Shown here: positions 38,610 through 48,518 of the stretch, piece by piece
Numbering within the stretch: position 1 is the stretch's first letter
How the letters are laid out: each line of letters starts with the position of its first letter
Source: Deferribacterales bacterium
GTDB lineage: Bacteria; Chrysiogenota; Deferribacteres; Deferribacterales; Geovibrionaceae
Assembly: GCA_050251945.1 (NCBI GenBank)
Contig: JBFWLW010000002.1
Span: 128,001 to 192,000 of the forward strand
Reading direction: 5' to 3'
Length of the DNA stretch: 64,000 nucleotides
The notes under the pieces: model-generated
What the model was told of the DNA's origin: nothing
Database searches by the model: none
Seen by the model: only the letters and a program-made list of their open reading frames with translations
Made by a program: the position numbers and the translations under genes

Positions 38610-39747
38610 AATTTAAATATTTATCTTTAATATATTTTTCTGCACATTCAATGGTCATAAGCTCGCGGGAGGCAAGCTTCGGGCGCACATCTGCGATTAT
38701 TTCTCCCATGATCTTTCCCGCCGCAATCCCCATAGCCATCAGCAGTCCGCCGTTTATCTTCATGGGCGTTTCAAAGTCCACATAGCCCATCTCTATCATA
38801 ACACGGTGAACGTAGGTTTCAATATTCCAGACCTCCACACCGTTGCGCGCGGCAAGAAGACCGTATATCTGCAGCGCGTCCCGAACCTCGTCGGGATATT
38901 CGTATATCAGCCTGCGCAGAACGAACGTGTCGCCTGTTGTGCTGTTTTCAGCCAGTTTTCCTGCAAGTTCCGCAGTGCGCAGAACGTTTTTAAGGGCGCG
39001 TGTCGAAAGCCCCAATCCATTCACAAAGCCTCTGACTGCGGGCTGATCAGCCACCATAGCCGCGAAAAAGAACTCCGCACCCTGTGAAAGCTTCGCCGCC
39101 TCAACCGTCATGGCTGTCAGTCTGATCCCTTTAAAAATCTCTGAAAAAAGCCCGCACTCGTTCATAGCGGCAATGGCAATTCCTGCATACTGACCGCAAA
39201 GAAGCTTTGAAAGCTCCTGCAATATCCTTTCGGATGCAGGACGTTCTATCATGGATTTTTCAGCGGCTGCTTTGCTCATGGTCTCGTCAGCAATGACAAA
39301 GCCCAGCTGAGCCTGAAAACGGAATGCCCTGAGCATGCGCAACGGGTCGTCGGAAAAAGTACGCTCCGAGACGTGACGTATCACCCCCGCATAAACGTCC
39401 GCAGGGTCGCCTATAATATTCCCCTCAAAATCCATCGCAAGATTATTGACTGTGAAGTCCCGCATCAGCAGGTCTTCCTCTATGGTTTCGCCTCTCGGCT
39501 TTGAAATGTCAAACTCTGTATTCGGACATACAAGACGGATATTGTCTTTAAACTCCACCCATGCGGAGGGCAAAAGAACACGGATTGCTGATGCAAAGTC
39601 TTTGTAGTCATGCGAAAAGCACACCAGATCGACATCGGCAACCGGTCTTTGCAAAAGGACATCGCGGACACATCCGCCAACCAGATATGCCCTGAATCCG
39701 CCCTCGTTCACCAATGCCCTAAGCTCAGAAAAGAAAGGTATGCTCAT
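38608..39747 (-). CDS. Class II tRNA nucleotidyltransferase (probably CC-adding)
   Basis: VGGCVRD..DVD, EDLLMRDFT, DDPLRMLR; short spacer before motif B. Confidence 0.85.
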   Translation of the reverse strand: MSIPFFSELRALVNEGGFRAYLVGGCVRDVLLQRPVADVDLVCFSHDYKDFASAIRVLLPSAWVEFKDNIRLVCPNTEFDISKPRGETIEEDLLMRDFTVNNLAMDFEGNIIGDPADVYAGVIRHVSERTFSDDPLRMLRAFRFQAQLGFVIADETMSKAAAEKSMIERPASERILQELSKLLCGQYAGIAIAAMNECGLFSEIFKGIRLTAMTVEAAKLSQGAEFFFAAMVADQPAVRGFVNGLGLSTRALKNVLRTAELAGKLAENSTTGDTFVLRRLIYEYPDEVRDALQIYGLLAARNGVEVWNIETYVHRVMIEMGYVDFETPMKINGGLLMAMGIAAGKIMGEIIADVRPKLASRELMTIECAEKYIKDKYLN

Positions 39748-39838
39748 CCCTTATCCCAAAATAATATATAAATACTTAAGCGGTATCATAAATCTTTTAT
39801 GTGTTGACAACAACATTTTTCAAAGAGATATTTACCAA

Positions 39839-40321
39839 ATGAAGATACTTATCATATCAGATACGCACACCGATTCAATAGCAAAACTTCCTCAGGTCGT
39901 GCTTGAGGAGGCAAAACAGTGCGACGCAGTCATCCATGCGGGCGACATAGTAAGTCTTCAGCTTATAAACGAACTTATGACCGCCTGTCCGCTGGTATAC
40001 GCCGTTAAGGGGAATATGGATCCTTATTACAACGACGAACGCCTGCCGGAAAAAAGACTACTTGAATTTGACGGCGTAAAAATAGGAGTATCCCACGGTT
40101 CCGGCAACCCTGCCGGCATTGAGAACAGGCTCCTGTACACTTTCCCGGATGCTGACATAATAGTGTTCGGACACACCCACAAGCCATTCTGGGGCGAGAT
40201 AGGCGGTGTCTGGTTTCTGAATCCCGGAAGCCCCACGAACAAGAGAACTGAACCCTTTCACACCTACGGGGTTCTTACTATAGACAACGGCGGATTCAGC
40301 GCCGAAATAAAAAGGATCTAA
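39839..40321 (+). CDS. YfcE/MJ0936 family metallophosphoesterase
   Basis: SDTH, HAGD, KGNMD, GHTH, NPGS. Confidence 0.92.
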   Translation: MKILIISDTHTDSIAKLPQVVLEEAKQCDAVIHAGDIVSLQLINELMTACPLVYAVKGNMDPYYNDERLPEKRLLEFDGVKIGVSHGSGNPAGIENRLLYTFPDADIIVFGHTHKPFWGEIGGVWFLNPGSPTNKRTEPFHTYGVLTIDNGGFSAEIKRI

Positions 40322-40323
40322 TT

Positions 40324-41676
40324 ATGAAAATAGCTATAATCGGAGCCGGCAGCGCTGGCATGACCGCCGCATATAATTTTATGAAACATCCAGATATCCA
40401 TGCAGACATATTTGAAAAGGGCAGGGATATAGAACAGCGCAACAGAAACGAGGTGATGGAGGGATTCGGCGGCGCAGGAGCCTATTCCGACGGCAAGCTG
40501 ACTCTCACCACGGAATACGGCGGCTGGCTGACCGATTACATGCCTGAGGACGTTCTGGAAAAATATATCGGCGAAGCGGACGACATGTGGAAGACCATAA
40601 GCGGTGTGCTTGAAACCGACTCCGGCTTTGACTATGAAACAACGAAAGACCTGCAATACCAGTGCAGCAGGCACAAACTGAAACTGATCCCCGCGAAGAT
40701 ACGCCACCTCGGCACCGACAACTGCCTGCTGTTCATAAAGCGCATAAACGAGATGATAAAGCAGTCTGAGAACATCAACCTTTACTGCGACACGCCAGTT
40801 ACAGACCTTATAGTTGAAAACGGCGAAGTCAAGGGCATCGTAGCTGTCGAAAACGGTGCGGAAGTGCGCAAATATTACGACAAGGTTATCCTTGGCGTGG
40901 GGCGTTCGGGCAATGAATGGATGCAGGAAATAGTACGCAAACACGGAATAGAAAACGGCATCAACCCCGTTGACATAGGTATCAGGGTTGAGGTCCCGCG
41001 TTCAGTCACCGACAGATTCACCGATAACCTTTATGAGTTCAAAATAAAATACTATACCAGCGAGTTTGAGGACGAAGTACGCACCTTCTGCGTGAACCCC
41101 GGCGGATTCATCTCCGTTGAGAAAAACACCGGAGGACTGCTCACAGTCAACGGGCACAGCTATAAGAATAAAAAGAGCGACAACACCAACTTCGCCCTGC
41201 TTGTATCGACAAAATTCACCGAGCCTTTCGACGAGCCTATACAGTATGGAAGATACATAGCGAATCTTGCGAACCTTCTCAGCGGCAATAATGTCATAGT
41301 TCAGAGGTACGGCGATTTCATCCGCGGCAGACGCTCCACGGAAAGCCGCATACGCAAAAATTTCGTTGTGCCGACACTTAAAACGGCACTGCCCGGCGAC
41401 CTGTCGTTCGTTCTGCCGTACAGATATCTGCACAACCTGAAAGAGACCATCGAACAGCTCGACAAGGTTATGCCCGGAATGGCGGATCCGAATACGCTTA
41501 TGTACGGAGTTGAGGTAAAATTCTATTCCGTGCGCATCAAAGTTGATGCTAAAATGAAATGTCAGAGCCTTGCAAACCTCTATTGCACGGGGGACGGAGC
41601 CGGAATCACAAGAGGCATAATACAGGCTTCCGTTTCGGGGCTTATCGCGGCGAAAGATATAATAGAAAATAAATAA
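40324..41676 (+). CDS. FAD/NAD(P)-dependent oxidoreductase (uncharacterised)
   Basis: GAGSAG, GGAGAYSDGKL, GDGAGITRG. Confidence 0.88.
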   Translation: MKIAIIGAGSAGMTAAYNFMKHPDIHADIFEKGRDIEQRNRNEVMEGFGGAGAYSDGKLTLTTEYGGWLTDYMPEDVLEKYIGEADDMWKTISGVLETDSGFDYETTKDLQYQCSRHKLKLIPAKIRHLGTDNCLLFIKRINEMIKQSENINLYCDTPVTDLIVENGEVKGIVAVENGAEVRKYYDKVILGVGRSGNEWMQEIVRKHGIENGINPVDIGIRVEVPRSVTDRFTDNLYEFKIKYYTSEFEDEVRTFCVNPGGFISVEKNTGGLLTVNGHSYKNKKSDNTNFALLVSTKFTEPFDEPIQYGRYIANLANLLSGNNVIVQRYGDFIRGRRSTESRIRKNFVVPTLKTALPGDLSFVLPYRYLHNLKETIEQLDKVMPGMADPNTLMYGVEVKFYSVRIKVDAKMKCQSLANLYCTGDGAGITRGIIQASVSGLIAAKDIIENK

Positions 41677-41679
41677 CAC

Positions 41680-41742
41680 AGATTGCTTCGCTTCGCTCGC
41701 AAAGACGTCTCTGCGGGGTGGCAAAACCAACGAAGCAGTCTC
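41680..41742. repeat. REP-like palindromic doublet
   Basis: AGATTGCTTCGCTTCGCTCGCAAAGACG|TCTCTGCGGGG..CGAAGCAGTCTC. Confidence 0.82.
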
Positions 41743-41752
41743 TAATGGAGAT

Positions 41753-42103
41753 ATGATGATAGTTAAAGTTGAAGGACTTGAAGCAACGACAATGGAAAAA
41801 GCCAGAGGCGGAAAGGGCAGCGCGCTCAGACTGGCATATGAAGCCGCCTGCGGATTTAAAGGTGAAGTGACGAATTTTGCCATGATGTCCCTCCAGCCTA
41901 ACAGCTCTATAGGTATGCATCAGCATCAGGGCGACATGGAAATCTATCTTATACTGGACGGCAAAGCGAAGACCATCGACAACGGACAGGAGATGGAGGT
42001 TGTTTCAGGCGATATGATGATCACAAAAGACGGAGAGGAACACTGTCTTGTGAACGACAGCGACACCCCCTTAACATTTCTGGCAGTTATCATCAAACAT
42101 TGA
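41753..42103 (+). CDS. Cupin domain protein
   Basis: HQH..E and H cupin metal motifs. Confidence 0.88.
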   Translation: MMIVKVEGLEATTMEKARGGKGSALRLAYEAACGFKGEVTNFAMMSLQPNSSIGMHQHQGDMEIYLILDGKAKTIDNGQEMEVVSGDMMITKDGEEHCLVNDSDTPLTFLAVIIKH

Positions 42104-42178
42104 CCAAAAGTTTAATTATTTGCATTTTTTGTTTCAATCGAATAAAATGAAATAAAGTTATTAAAGAAGGATTAAATC

Positions 42179-43243
42179 TTGTTTAACAATATTTACAGAG
42201 GCAAAAAGGTCTTTCTGACCGGACATACCGGATTTAAAGGCTCATGGATGAGTCTCTGGCTTAAGAGCTTGGGTTCGGAAATATTAGGCTATTCGCTTCC
42301 GCCCAATACAAACCCGAATCATTTTGAAATAACCAAACCCGACATAAAAAGCGTTTACGGAGATATTAGAGACAGAGAATTTTTAAACAGAACAATGTCG
42401 GAGTTTAAACCGGATATCGTTTTTCATCTTGCGGCTCAGCCTCTCGTCCGATATTCGTACAGTGACCCTGTTGAAACCTACGAAACCAATGTAATAGGCA
42501 CACTGAACGTTTTTGAGGCGAGCAGACACACAGGCGGCGTTAAAGCAATTGTCAACATAACCAGCGATAAATGTTATGAAAACAAAGAATGGATATGGGG
42601 TTACAGAGAGAACGACCCGATGGGCGGTTATGACCCATACAGCTCAAGCAAGGGCTGTGCGGAACTTCTGGCAGCTTCTTACAGAAATTCATATTTCAAC
42701 AACGCTGATTACGGAACCAAACACGGCACGCTGATGGCAAGCTGCCGCGCCGGAAACGTTATAGGCGGCGGCGACTGGGCAATGGACAGACTTATGACCG
42801 ACATCATGGTCGCGGCATCAAAAGGCGAAACCGTCTCAATCAGAAGCCCGAAGGCAACAAGACCGTGGCAACATGTTCTTGAACCTTTAAGCGGATATCT
42901 GCTGACAGGTCAGAAACTCCTTGAAGGCGACGTATCCTGCGCCGAAGGCTGGAATTTCGGTCCCGGCGAGGAAGGAAGCATCACTGTTGAACAGGTCTGC
43001 AAATACATAAGCGGACACTGGGACAGGATACGTTACGAAATAACTCCGGATGCGTCACTGCACGAGGCGCACCTTCTTAAACTCGACTGCTCAAAAGCAC
43101 ACGCCAAACTTAAATGGCACAGCGTATGGAGTTCAGAAGAAACCTTCAAACGCACCGTTGAATGGTACAAAATGTATTACGAACAGGGCAAATGCATAAC
43201 TCATGAGCAGCTTGAGGCTTATACAAAGTCCCTAACATACTGA
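42179..43243 (+). CDS. rfbG: CDP-glucose 4,6-dehydratase
   Basis: TGHTGFKGSW, HLAAQPLV, SDKCY, YSSSK, RPWQHVLEP. Confidence 0.95.
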   Translation: MFNNIYRGKKVFLTGHTGFKGSWMSLWLKSLGSEILGYSLPPNTNPNHFEITKPDIKSVYGDIRDREFLNRTMSEFKPDIVFHLAAQPLVRYSYSDPVETYETNVIGTLNVFEASRHTGGVKAIVNITSDKCYENKEWIWGYRENDPMGGYDPYSSSKGCAELLAASYRNSYFNNADYGTKHGTLMASCRAGNVIGGGDWAMDRLMTDIMVAASKGETVSIRSPKATRPWQHVLEPLSGYLLTGQKLLEGDVSCAEGWNFGPGEEGSITVEQVCKYISGHWDRIRYEITPDASLHEAHLLKLDCSKAHAKLKWHSVWSSEETFKRTVEWYKMYYEQGKCITHEQLEAYTKSLTY

Positions 43244-43262
43244 ACAGACAGGAAAAGCAAAT

Positions 43263-45056
43263 ATGCGAGTCAGCGATTTTATATTTCAGGTAATCTCCGA
43301 ACGGGAGAATACGGCAAGGAACGTTTTTATGGTATCCGGCGGAGGCAACATGCATCTGGTGGATGCTCTTGGTCGGAACGAAAAACTGCAATATATTTGT
43401 AACCACAACGAACAAGCGTGTACGTTTGCAGCGGAAGGTTACGCCAGAGAAAGCAACAAAACAGGTCTGGCGCTTGTTACAACAGGTCCCGGCGGAACAA
43501 ATGCCATAACAGGCGTTTACAGCGCATGGGTGGATTCAATCCCGATGCTTGTAATATCCGGTCAGGTCAAATTCGTTACTACCGTACTTTCACAACCGGA
43601 ACTCCCCCTGCGCCAGCTTGGCGATCAGGAGATAAACATCACCGAACTGGTGAAATCCGTCACAAAATATGCTGTCACTGTCACAGATAAAAAAGATATC
43701 AGGTATCATCTTGAAAAAGCACTGTATCTTGCAAGAAGCGGGCGCCCCGGTCCTGTATGGCTGGATATTCCTCTGGACATTCAGGCGGCACAGATAGAAC
43801 CTGACGAACTGGACGGCTACACTCCGGAGGACGAACACCAGTACGATTCGCAGTGCAAAGCTGTTGAAGAACTGCTGAAACAGGCTGAACGCCCTGTCAT
43901 AATAGCTGGTAACGGCGTATTTCTGGCAGATGCCTGTGAAGAACTTAAAGAACTTATCGAAAAATATTCAATACCGGTTATCGGAACCTTTGCACGATAC
44001 GATATCATCCGCGACGATCATCCTTTGAACTACGGCAGATACGGAACAATCGGACAGAGACGCGGCAACTTCATTGTGCAGAACAGCGACCTCATAATCG
44101 CCATAGGCTCAAGACTTAACGTAAGAGCCATAAGCTATAACTGGGAATTCTTCGCCAGAGAAGCGAAAATAGTGCTTGTGGATATAGACAGAGCCGAACT
44201 TGAAAAGCATACCGTCAAACCGTTTCTGAAAATTCAGTGCGACGCGGGAAAATTTATAAACGACATGCTGAAAACTGCTCCGGCAGATAAAAACAGATAC
44301 TCCGAATGGATAAAATACTGCGATATGATCAGTGAAACCTGCCCTATCATGACCGAGTGCAAACTGACTGATCAGAACTACGTCAATTCTTACAACTTCT
44401 TTAATGTCATATCCGATCTGGCAGACGAAAATGCCGTATATGTTTTCGGCAACGGAACAGCCTGTGTATCGTCATATCAGACCCTCCGCCTGAGAGGGAG
44501 CCAGCAGGTTATCGTAAACTCAGGATGTGCATCAATGGGATACGACCTGCCTGCGGCTATCGGCGCATACTTTGCAGCCCCCGATAGGCAGCTTATCTGT
44601 ATCGCAGGAGACGGCAGCCTCCAGATGAACATTCAGGAACTTCAGACCGCGATACACCATAAAATCCCGATAAAACTATTTGTTTTCAACAACAACGGCT
44701 ATATTTCCATCAGAAATACACAGAATAATTTCTTTAAAGGGTTTAAAGTAGGTTCAGATGCGGAAAGCGGCGTGAGTTTCCCCGACATAATAAAACTGGC
44801 TGACGCTTACGGCTTTAAAACCGCAAAGATAGAAACTCAGAAGGAACTGGATAAAAGTATTAAGGCTGTTCTTAATATGAAGGAACCTGTGGTGTGCGAG
44901 GTTATGCTTAATCCCGCAGAAAAAATGGAACCTAAGCTTTCGTCAATGTCCAGACCGGATGGTTCCATAGTCTCCAAACCGCTTGAAGACATGTACCCCT
45001 TCATGGACAGAGAAATGTTCGACGCATGCATGATCATCCGCAAGATGGAGGAATGA
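43263..45056 (+). CDS. Thiamine diphosphate-dependent enzyme (acetolactate synthase-like; YerE-like context)
   Basis: HNEQ, TTGPGGTN, GDGSLQMN..NNNG ThDP motif. Confidence 0.88.
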   Translation: MRVSDFIFQVISERENTARNVFMVSGGGNMHLVDALGRNEKLQYICNHNEQACTFAAEGYARESNKTGLALVTTGPGGTNAITGVYSAWVDSIPMLVISGQVKFVTTVLSQPELPLRQLGDQEINITELVKSVTKYAVTVTDKKDIRYHLEKALYLARSGRPGPVWLDIPLDIQAAQIEPDELDGYTPEDEHQYDSQCKAVEELLKQAERPVIIAGNGVFLADACEELKELIEKYSIPVIGTFARYDIIRDDHPLNYGRYGTIGQRRGNFIVQNSDLIIAIGSRLNVRAISYNWEFFAREAKIVLVDIDRAELEKHTVKPFLKIQCDAGKFINDMLKTAPADKNRYSEWIKYCDMISETCPIMTECKLTDQNYVNSYNFFNVISDLADENAVYVFGNGTACVSSYQTLRLRGSQQVIVNSGCASMGYDLPAAIGAYFAAPDRQLICIAGDGSLQMNIQELQTAIHHKIPIKLFVFNNNGYISIRNTQNNFFKGFKVGSDAESGVSFPDIIKLADAYGFKTAKIETQKELDKSIKAVLNMKEPVVCEVMLNPAEKMEPKLSSMSRPDGSIVSKPLEDMYPFMDREMFDACMIIRKMEE

Positions 45057-45715
45057 TGAAAAACGTTCTGGTCACAGGCGGAGCAAAAGGAATAGGAAAA
45101 GCTATCTGCGACGAGTTCAGATCATGCGGATATAACGTTTTTTCACCCGCCAGACAGGAAATGGATATATCAAACCCTGATTCCATTCACAATTACGCTG
45201 AATCGCTGAAAACAGCTATCGACGTTCTTGTAAACAACGCAGGCATCAATATACTCGGCGGCATTGAAGAAATAGACGAAAACGACATTGCAGCAATGAT
45301 AAATACCAATCTCACAGGACCTCTGGCGCTTATAAAAGCCATCGTCCCATACATGAAAAAGAACGGATACGGCAGAATAATCAACATAAGCTCCATATGG
45401 GGCGTGCGTTCAAAAGAACGGAGACTGCTTTACTCCGCATCAAAGTTCGGTATCAACGGAGTAACTAAATCTCTTGCCGGTGAACTTGGAAAATACAACA
45501 TACTTGTAAACTCTGTAGCTCCGGGTTATGTGAACACTGAACTGACGCAGAAAAACGTTTCACCGGAAGAACAGGCAAAAATAAAGTCAACGATTCCTTT
45601 AGGCAGATTCGCAGAACCATGCGAAATAGCCAAAGTGGTGCGTTTTCTCGGTTCAGAAGACAATACATATATAACAGGACAGGTAATAACTGCTGACGGC
45701 GGGTTTTTAGCATGA
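45053..45715 (+). CDS. SDR oxidoreductase
   Basis: TGGAKGIG, NNAG, YSASK. Confidence 0.92.
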   Translation: MMKNVLVTGGAKGIGKAICDEFRSCGYNVFSPARQEMDISNPDSIHNYAESLKTAIDVLVNNAGINILGGIEEIDENDIAAMINTNLTGPLALIKAIVPYMKKNGYGRIINISSIWGVRSKERRLLYSASKFGINGVTKSLAGELGKYNILVNSVAPGYVNTELTQKNVSPEEQAKIKSTIPLGRFAEPCEIAKVVRFLGSEDNTYITGQVITADGGFLA

Positions 45716-46776
45716 AAATAGACGTTAAATCCAATATAAAAAACTATTCAATAGAATTTCACGACGATTTCGGATTTCTGAAATCATTTGCTGAACTCAA
45801 TAACGCGGTATATATCATAGACCGCAAAGTATACGACATATACTCATCTCATTTTTCAAAAATAGAACAATCCGACCTTTTCCTGCTGGATGCTGTGGAA
45901 GAGAACAAATCGCTGGATTATGTCCAGAAGATATATGACTTTCTCACATCAAAAGCAGTTAAACGCAATATAACCATTGTTTCCGTCGGCGGCGGGATAA
46001 CGCAGGATATCACAGGTTTCGTTGCCTCAACACTTTACAGAGGCGTTAACTGGATTTTTGCCCCCACTACGTTCCTTGCCATAACAGATAGCTGTCTCGG
46101 AAGCAAAACATCGCTGAATTATAAGAGCCATAAAAATCTCATCGGCACTTTTTATCCGCCGTCCAGGATACACATCTGCCACAAATTCATTGAAACTCTC
46201 GACAGAGTTGATTTTTACAGCGGTGTGGGCGAAGCTGTAAAACTCCAGCTATTAAAAGAAGAAAACAATAAATCCCTCAACGACGTCAGATCAAGAATTT
46301 ACGAAATAATTGAAAAACCTGAAAAAAGACTGGACTGGATATGTGACAACCTGAGTGTAAAGCTGTCATATATGGAAGATGATGAGTTCGATCTTGGCAG
46401 AAGAAACCTGCTTAACTACGGACATTGTTTCGGACACGCACTGGAAGCAACATCGGTTTATGACGTTCCCCACGGCATCGCAGTCACAATAGGGATGATA
46501 TTTGCCAATCGGCTCGCGGTAAATCGTGGTATATTTAGTGAAGACAAATGTTCCTATATAGAACAGGAGATACTGAAACCGTGTGTTCCTATCTCCGTCG
46601 ATCAAGCTTATTTGGATACAGATGCAATATTTGAGGCTATGAAAAGCGACAAAAAACGAACCGGCGAATTCCTTGCGGTCGTTATTCCTGACAACAGCTA
46701 TAACTTCATCAAGCTTGAAAACGTGCGGTATGAAGAACTGGAACCGTGTATCAATGTGATCAAACACATTTTATAA
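45712..46776 (+). CDS. AroB/DHQ-synthase-like sugar phosphate cyclase
   Basis: GGGITQD, PTTFLA..DSCLGSK, LNYGHCFGHALE, PHG. Confidence 0.85.
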   Translation: MKIDVKSNIKNYSIEFHDDFGFLKSFAELNNAVYIIDRKVYDIYSSHFSKIEQSDLFLLDAVEENKSLDYVQKIYDFLTSKAVKRNITIVSVGGGITQDITGFVASTLYRGVNWIFAPTTFLAITDSCLGSKTSLNYKSHKNLIGTFYPPSRIHICHKFIETLDRVDFYSGVGEAVKLQLLKEENNKSLNDVRSRIYEIIEKPEKRLDWICDNLSVKLSYMEDDEFDLGRRNLLNYGHCFGHALEATSVYDVPHGIAVTIGMIFANRLAVNRGIFSEDKCSYIEQEILKPCVPISVDQAYLDTDAIFEAMKSDKKRTGEFLAVVIPDNSYNFIKLENVRYEELEPCINVIKHIL

Positions 46777-46789
46777 GCGAGGAGAAGCA

Positions 46790-47590
46790 ATGAACCATTT
46801 AGAAAAAGAAATGATTGAACTGCTCAAAAAGCTGCGGGATAACCACGGAGTTTTCGAGCTGAAGGCTGAGTATGAAAACGAGGGAAGCAGACAGGATGAG
46901 CTTATGAGGCTTAAAGACGTCGGCGAAAAGGTCGGTCTGCCTATCATCCTCAAAATAGGCGGCGTGGAAGCCGTTACAGACATATACAGTGCGCTGACGC
47001 TCGGTGTGAAGGGCATCATCGCTCCCATGGCTGAAACTCCTTTCGCTCTCAGCAAATTCCTTGATGCCATAGAAACGTTTATACCGGAAGACAACAGAGA
47101 GGACATCGAATTCGCTGTTAACATCGAAACTATTACAGCATACGAGAATTTCTCCAAAATGCTTAAACTTGAGAAAATAAAACTTCTTCAAAGCATCACC
47201 GTTGGCAGAGTGGACTTCACAGCTTCCATGGGAAAAGACAGAAGTATCGTTGATTCCGATGAAATAATGAAATACTGCACGGACATATTCTCTCAATCCA
47301 AAGCTATCGGACTTAAAACCGCGCTTGGCGGTGCCATATCTACAGGTTCTATCCCGTTCGTATCCGAACTTGCAGGAAAAGGGCTCCTCAACAAATTTGA
47401 AACGAGAAAACTTGTTTACCGCCAAAGCACGGATGCGCAGAACATGCTTGAAGGCATAATGATCGGAATCGAATTTGAACTTCTGTGGCTGAAAAGCAAA
47501 AGACGCTACTATCAGAGAATAAAATCCGAAGATGAAAAACGAATCGAAATGCTTGAAAAAAGGGTTAGTGCTGCAAAAGCGGCAAAATAG
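46790..47590 (+). CDS. HpcH/HpaI aldolase / citrate lyase beta family protein
   Basis: KIGGVEA, IIAPMAE, NIET, VGRVD. Confidence 0.78.
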   Translation: MNHLEKEMIELLKKLRDNHGVFELKAEYENEGSRQDELMRLKDVGEKVGLPIILKIGGVEAVTDIYSALTLGVKGIIAPMAETPFALSKFLDAIETFIPEDNREDIEFAVNIETITAYENFSKMLKLEKIKLLQSITVGRVDFTASMGKDRSIVDSDEIMKYCTDIFSQSKAIGLKTALGGAISTGSIPFVSELAGKGLLNKFETRKLVYRQSTDAQNMLEGIMIGIEFELLWLKSKRRYYQRIKSEDEKRIEMLEKRVSAAKAAK

Positions 47591-47596
47591 CACTGC

Positions 47597-48508
47597 ATGA
47601 AGATAATGATAACAGGCTCTGCCGGATTCATCGGCAGGCACTTATCCGAATATTTCACTGCGAACGGGTATCAGGTTCTGATGCCCGTTCGTTCCGATTT
47701 CGACCTGACCGACGAACAGTCCGTTGACCAATATGTCAAAACAAAAAGACCAGACATAATAATCAACTGCGCAAACAAAGGCGGCGGAAGGGATACTCTG
47801 AACATAGGCAGTATCACTGAAATGAACCTGCGGATGTTCTTTAATATAGCGAAACAGTCGGATAAGGTGCATAAAATAATAAATTTCGGCAGCGGGGCGG
47901 AATACTCCAAACATAAACCGGTTGTAGATGCAAAAGAAGAAGACGCTTACAATGCTATGCCGAAAGACGAGTACGGATTTTATAAATCCGTCTGCTCACG
48001 CTATATCGAAAAATGCGATAATATACTTAATCTGAGGATATTCGCCTGCTACGGCGAGTATGAAAACTACAGATATAAATTCATCACCAATGCAATCGTG
48101 AAAAACCTCCTGAAACTTCCCATCGCAATAAATCAGGATGTACTTTTCGACTATCTGTACGTCGGCGATTTCGTCCGTCTGGTACATTTTTTCACTGAAA
48201 ACAATACGAAACACAGAGCATACAACATAACACGGGGTCAGAAGGTCAGCCTGACACAACTTGCAGGAATGATCAACGACAGTTCTGATTTCAAATCGGA
48301 AATAGCCGTCCTGAACGAAGGTTTAAACAATGAATACTCCTCTGACAACAGCCGGATGCTTGCTGAAACTGGTGATTTTACCTTTACTAAACACGAGGAT
48401 GCAATTATAAATCTTCGTAGGTACTTTTCTGAAAATATCGACAAACTGGATACAGAGACTATTTTAAACGATCCGTACATAAAAAACTGCAATAAAATAT
48501 GGAAATAG
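47597..48508 (+). CDS. NAD-dependent epimerase/reductase (NDP-sugar)
   Basis: TGSAGFIG, GSGAEY, YGFYK. Confidence 0.88.
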   Translation: MKIMITGSAGFIGRHLSEYFTANGYQVLMPVRSDFDLTDEQSVDQYVKTKRPDIIINCANKGGGRDTLNIGSITEMNLRMFFNIAKQSDKVHKIINFGSGAEYSKHKPVVDAKEEDAYNAMPKDEYGFYKSVCSRYIEKCDNILNLRIFACYGEYENYRYKFITNAIVKNLLKLPIAINQDVLFDYLYVGDFVRLVHFFTENNTKHRAYNITRGQKVSLTQLAGMINDSSDFKSEIAVLNEGLNNEYSSDNSRMLAETGDFTFTKHEDAIINLRRYFSENIDKLDTETILNDPYIKNCNKIWK

Positions 48509-48518
48509 GTGTTTTATA

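Noticed and set aside
43263..46776. ThDP enzyme as ilvB and cyclase as shikimate aroB
   Set aside because: No ilvH or aro neighbours, divergent motifs, and embedded among CDP-sugar genes.
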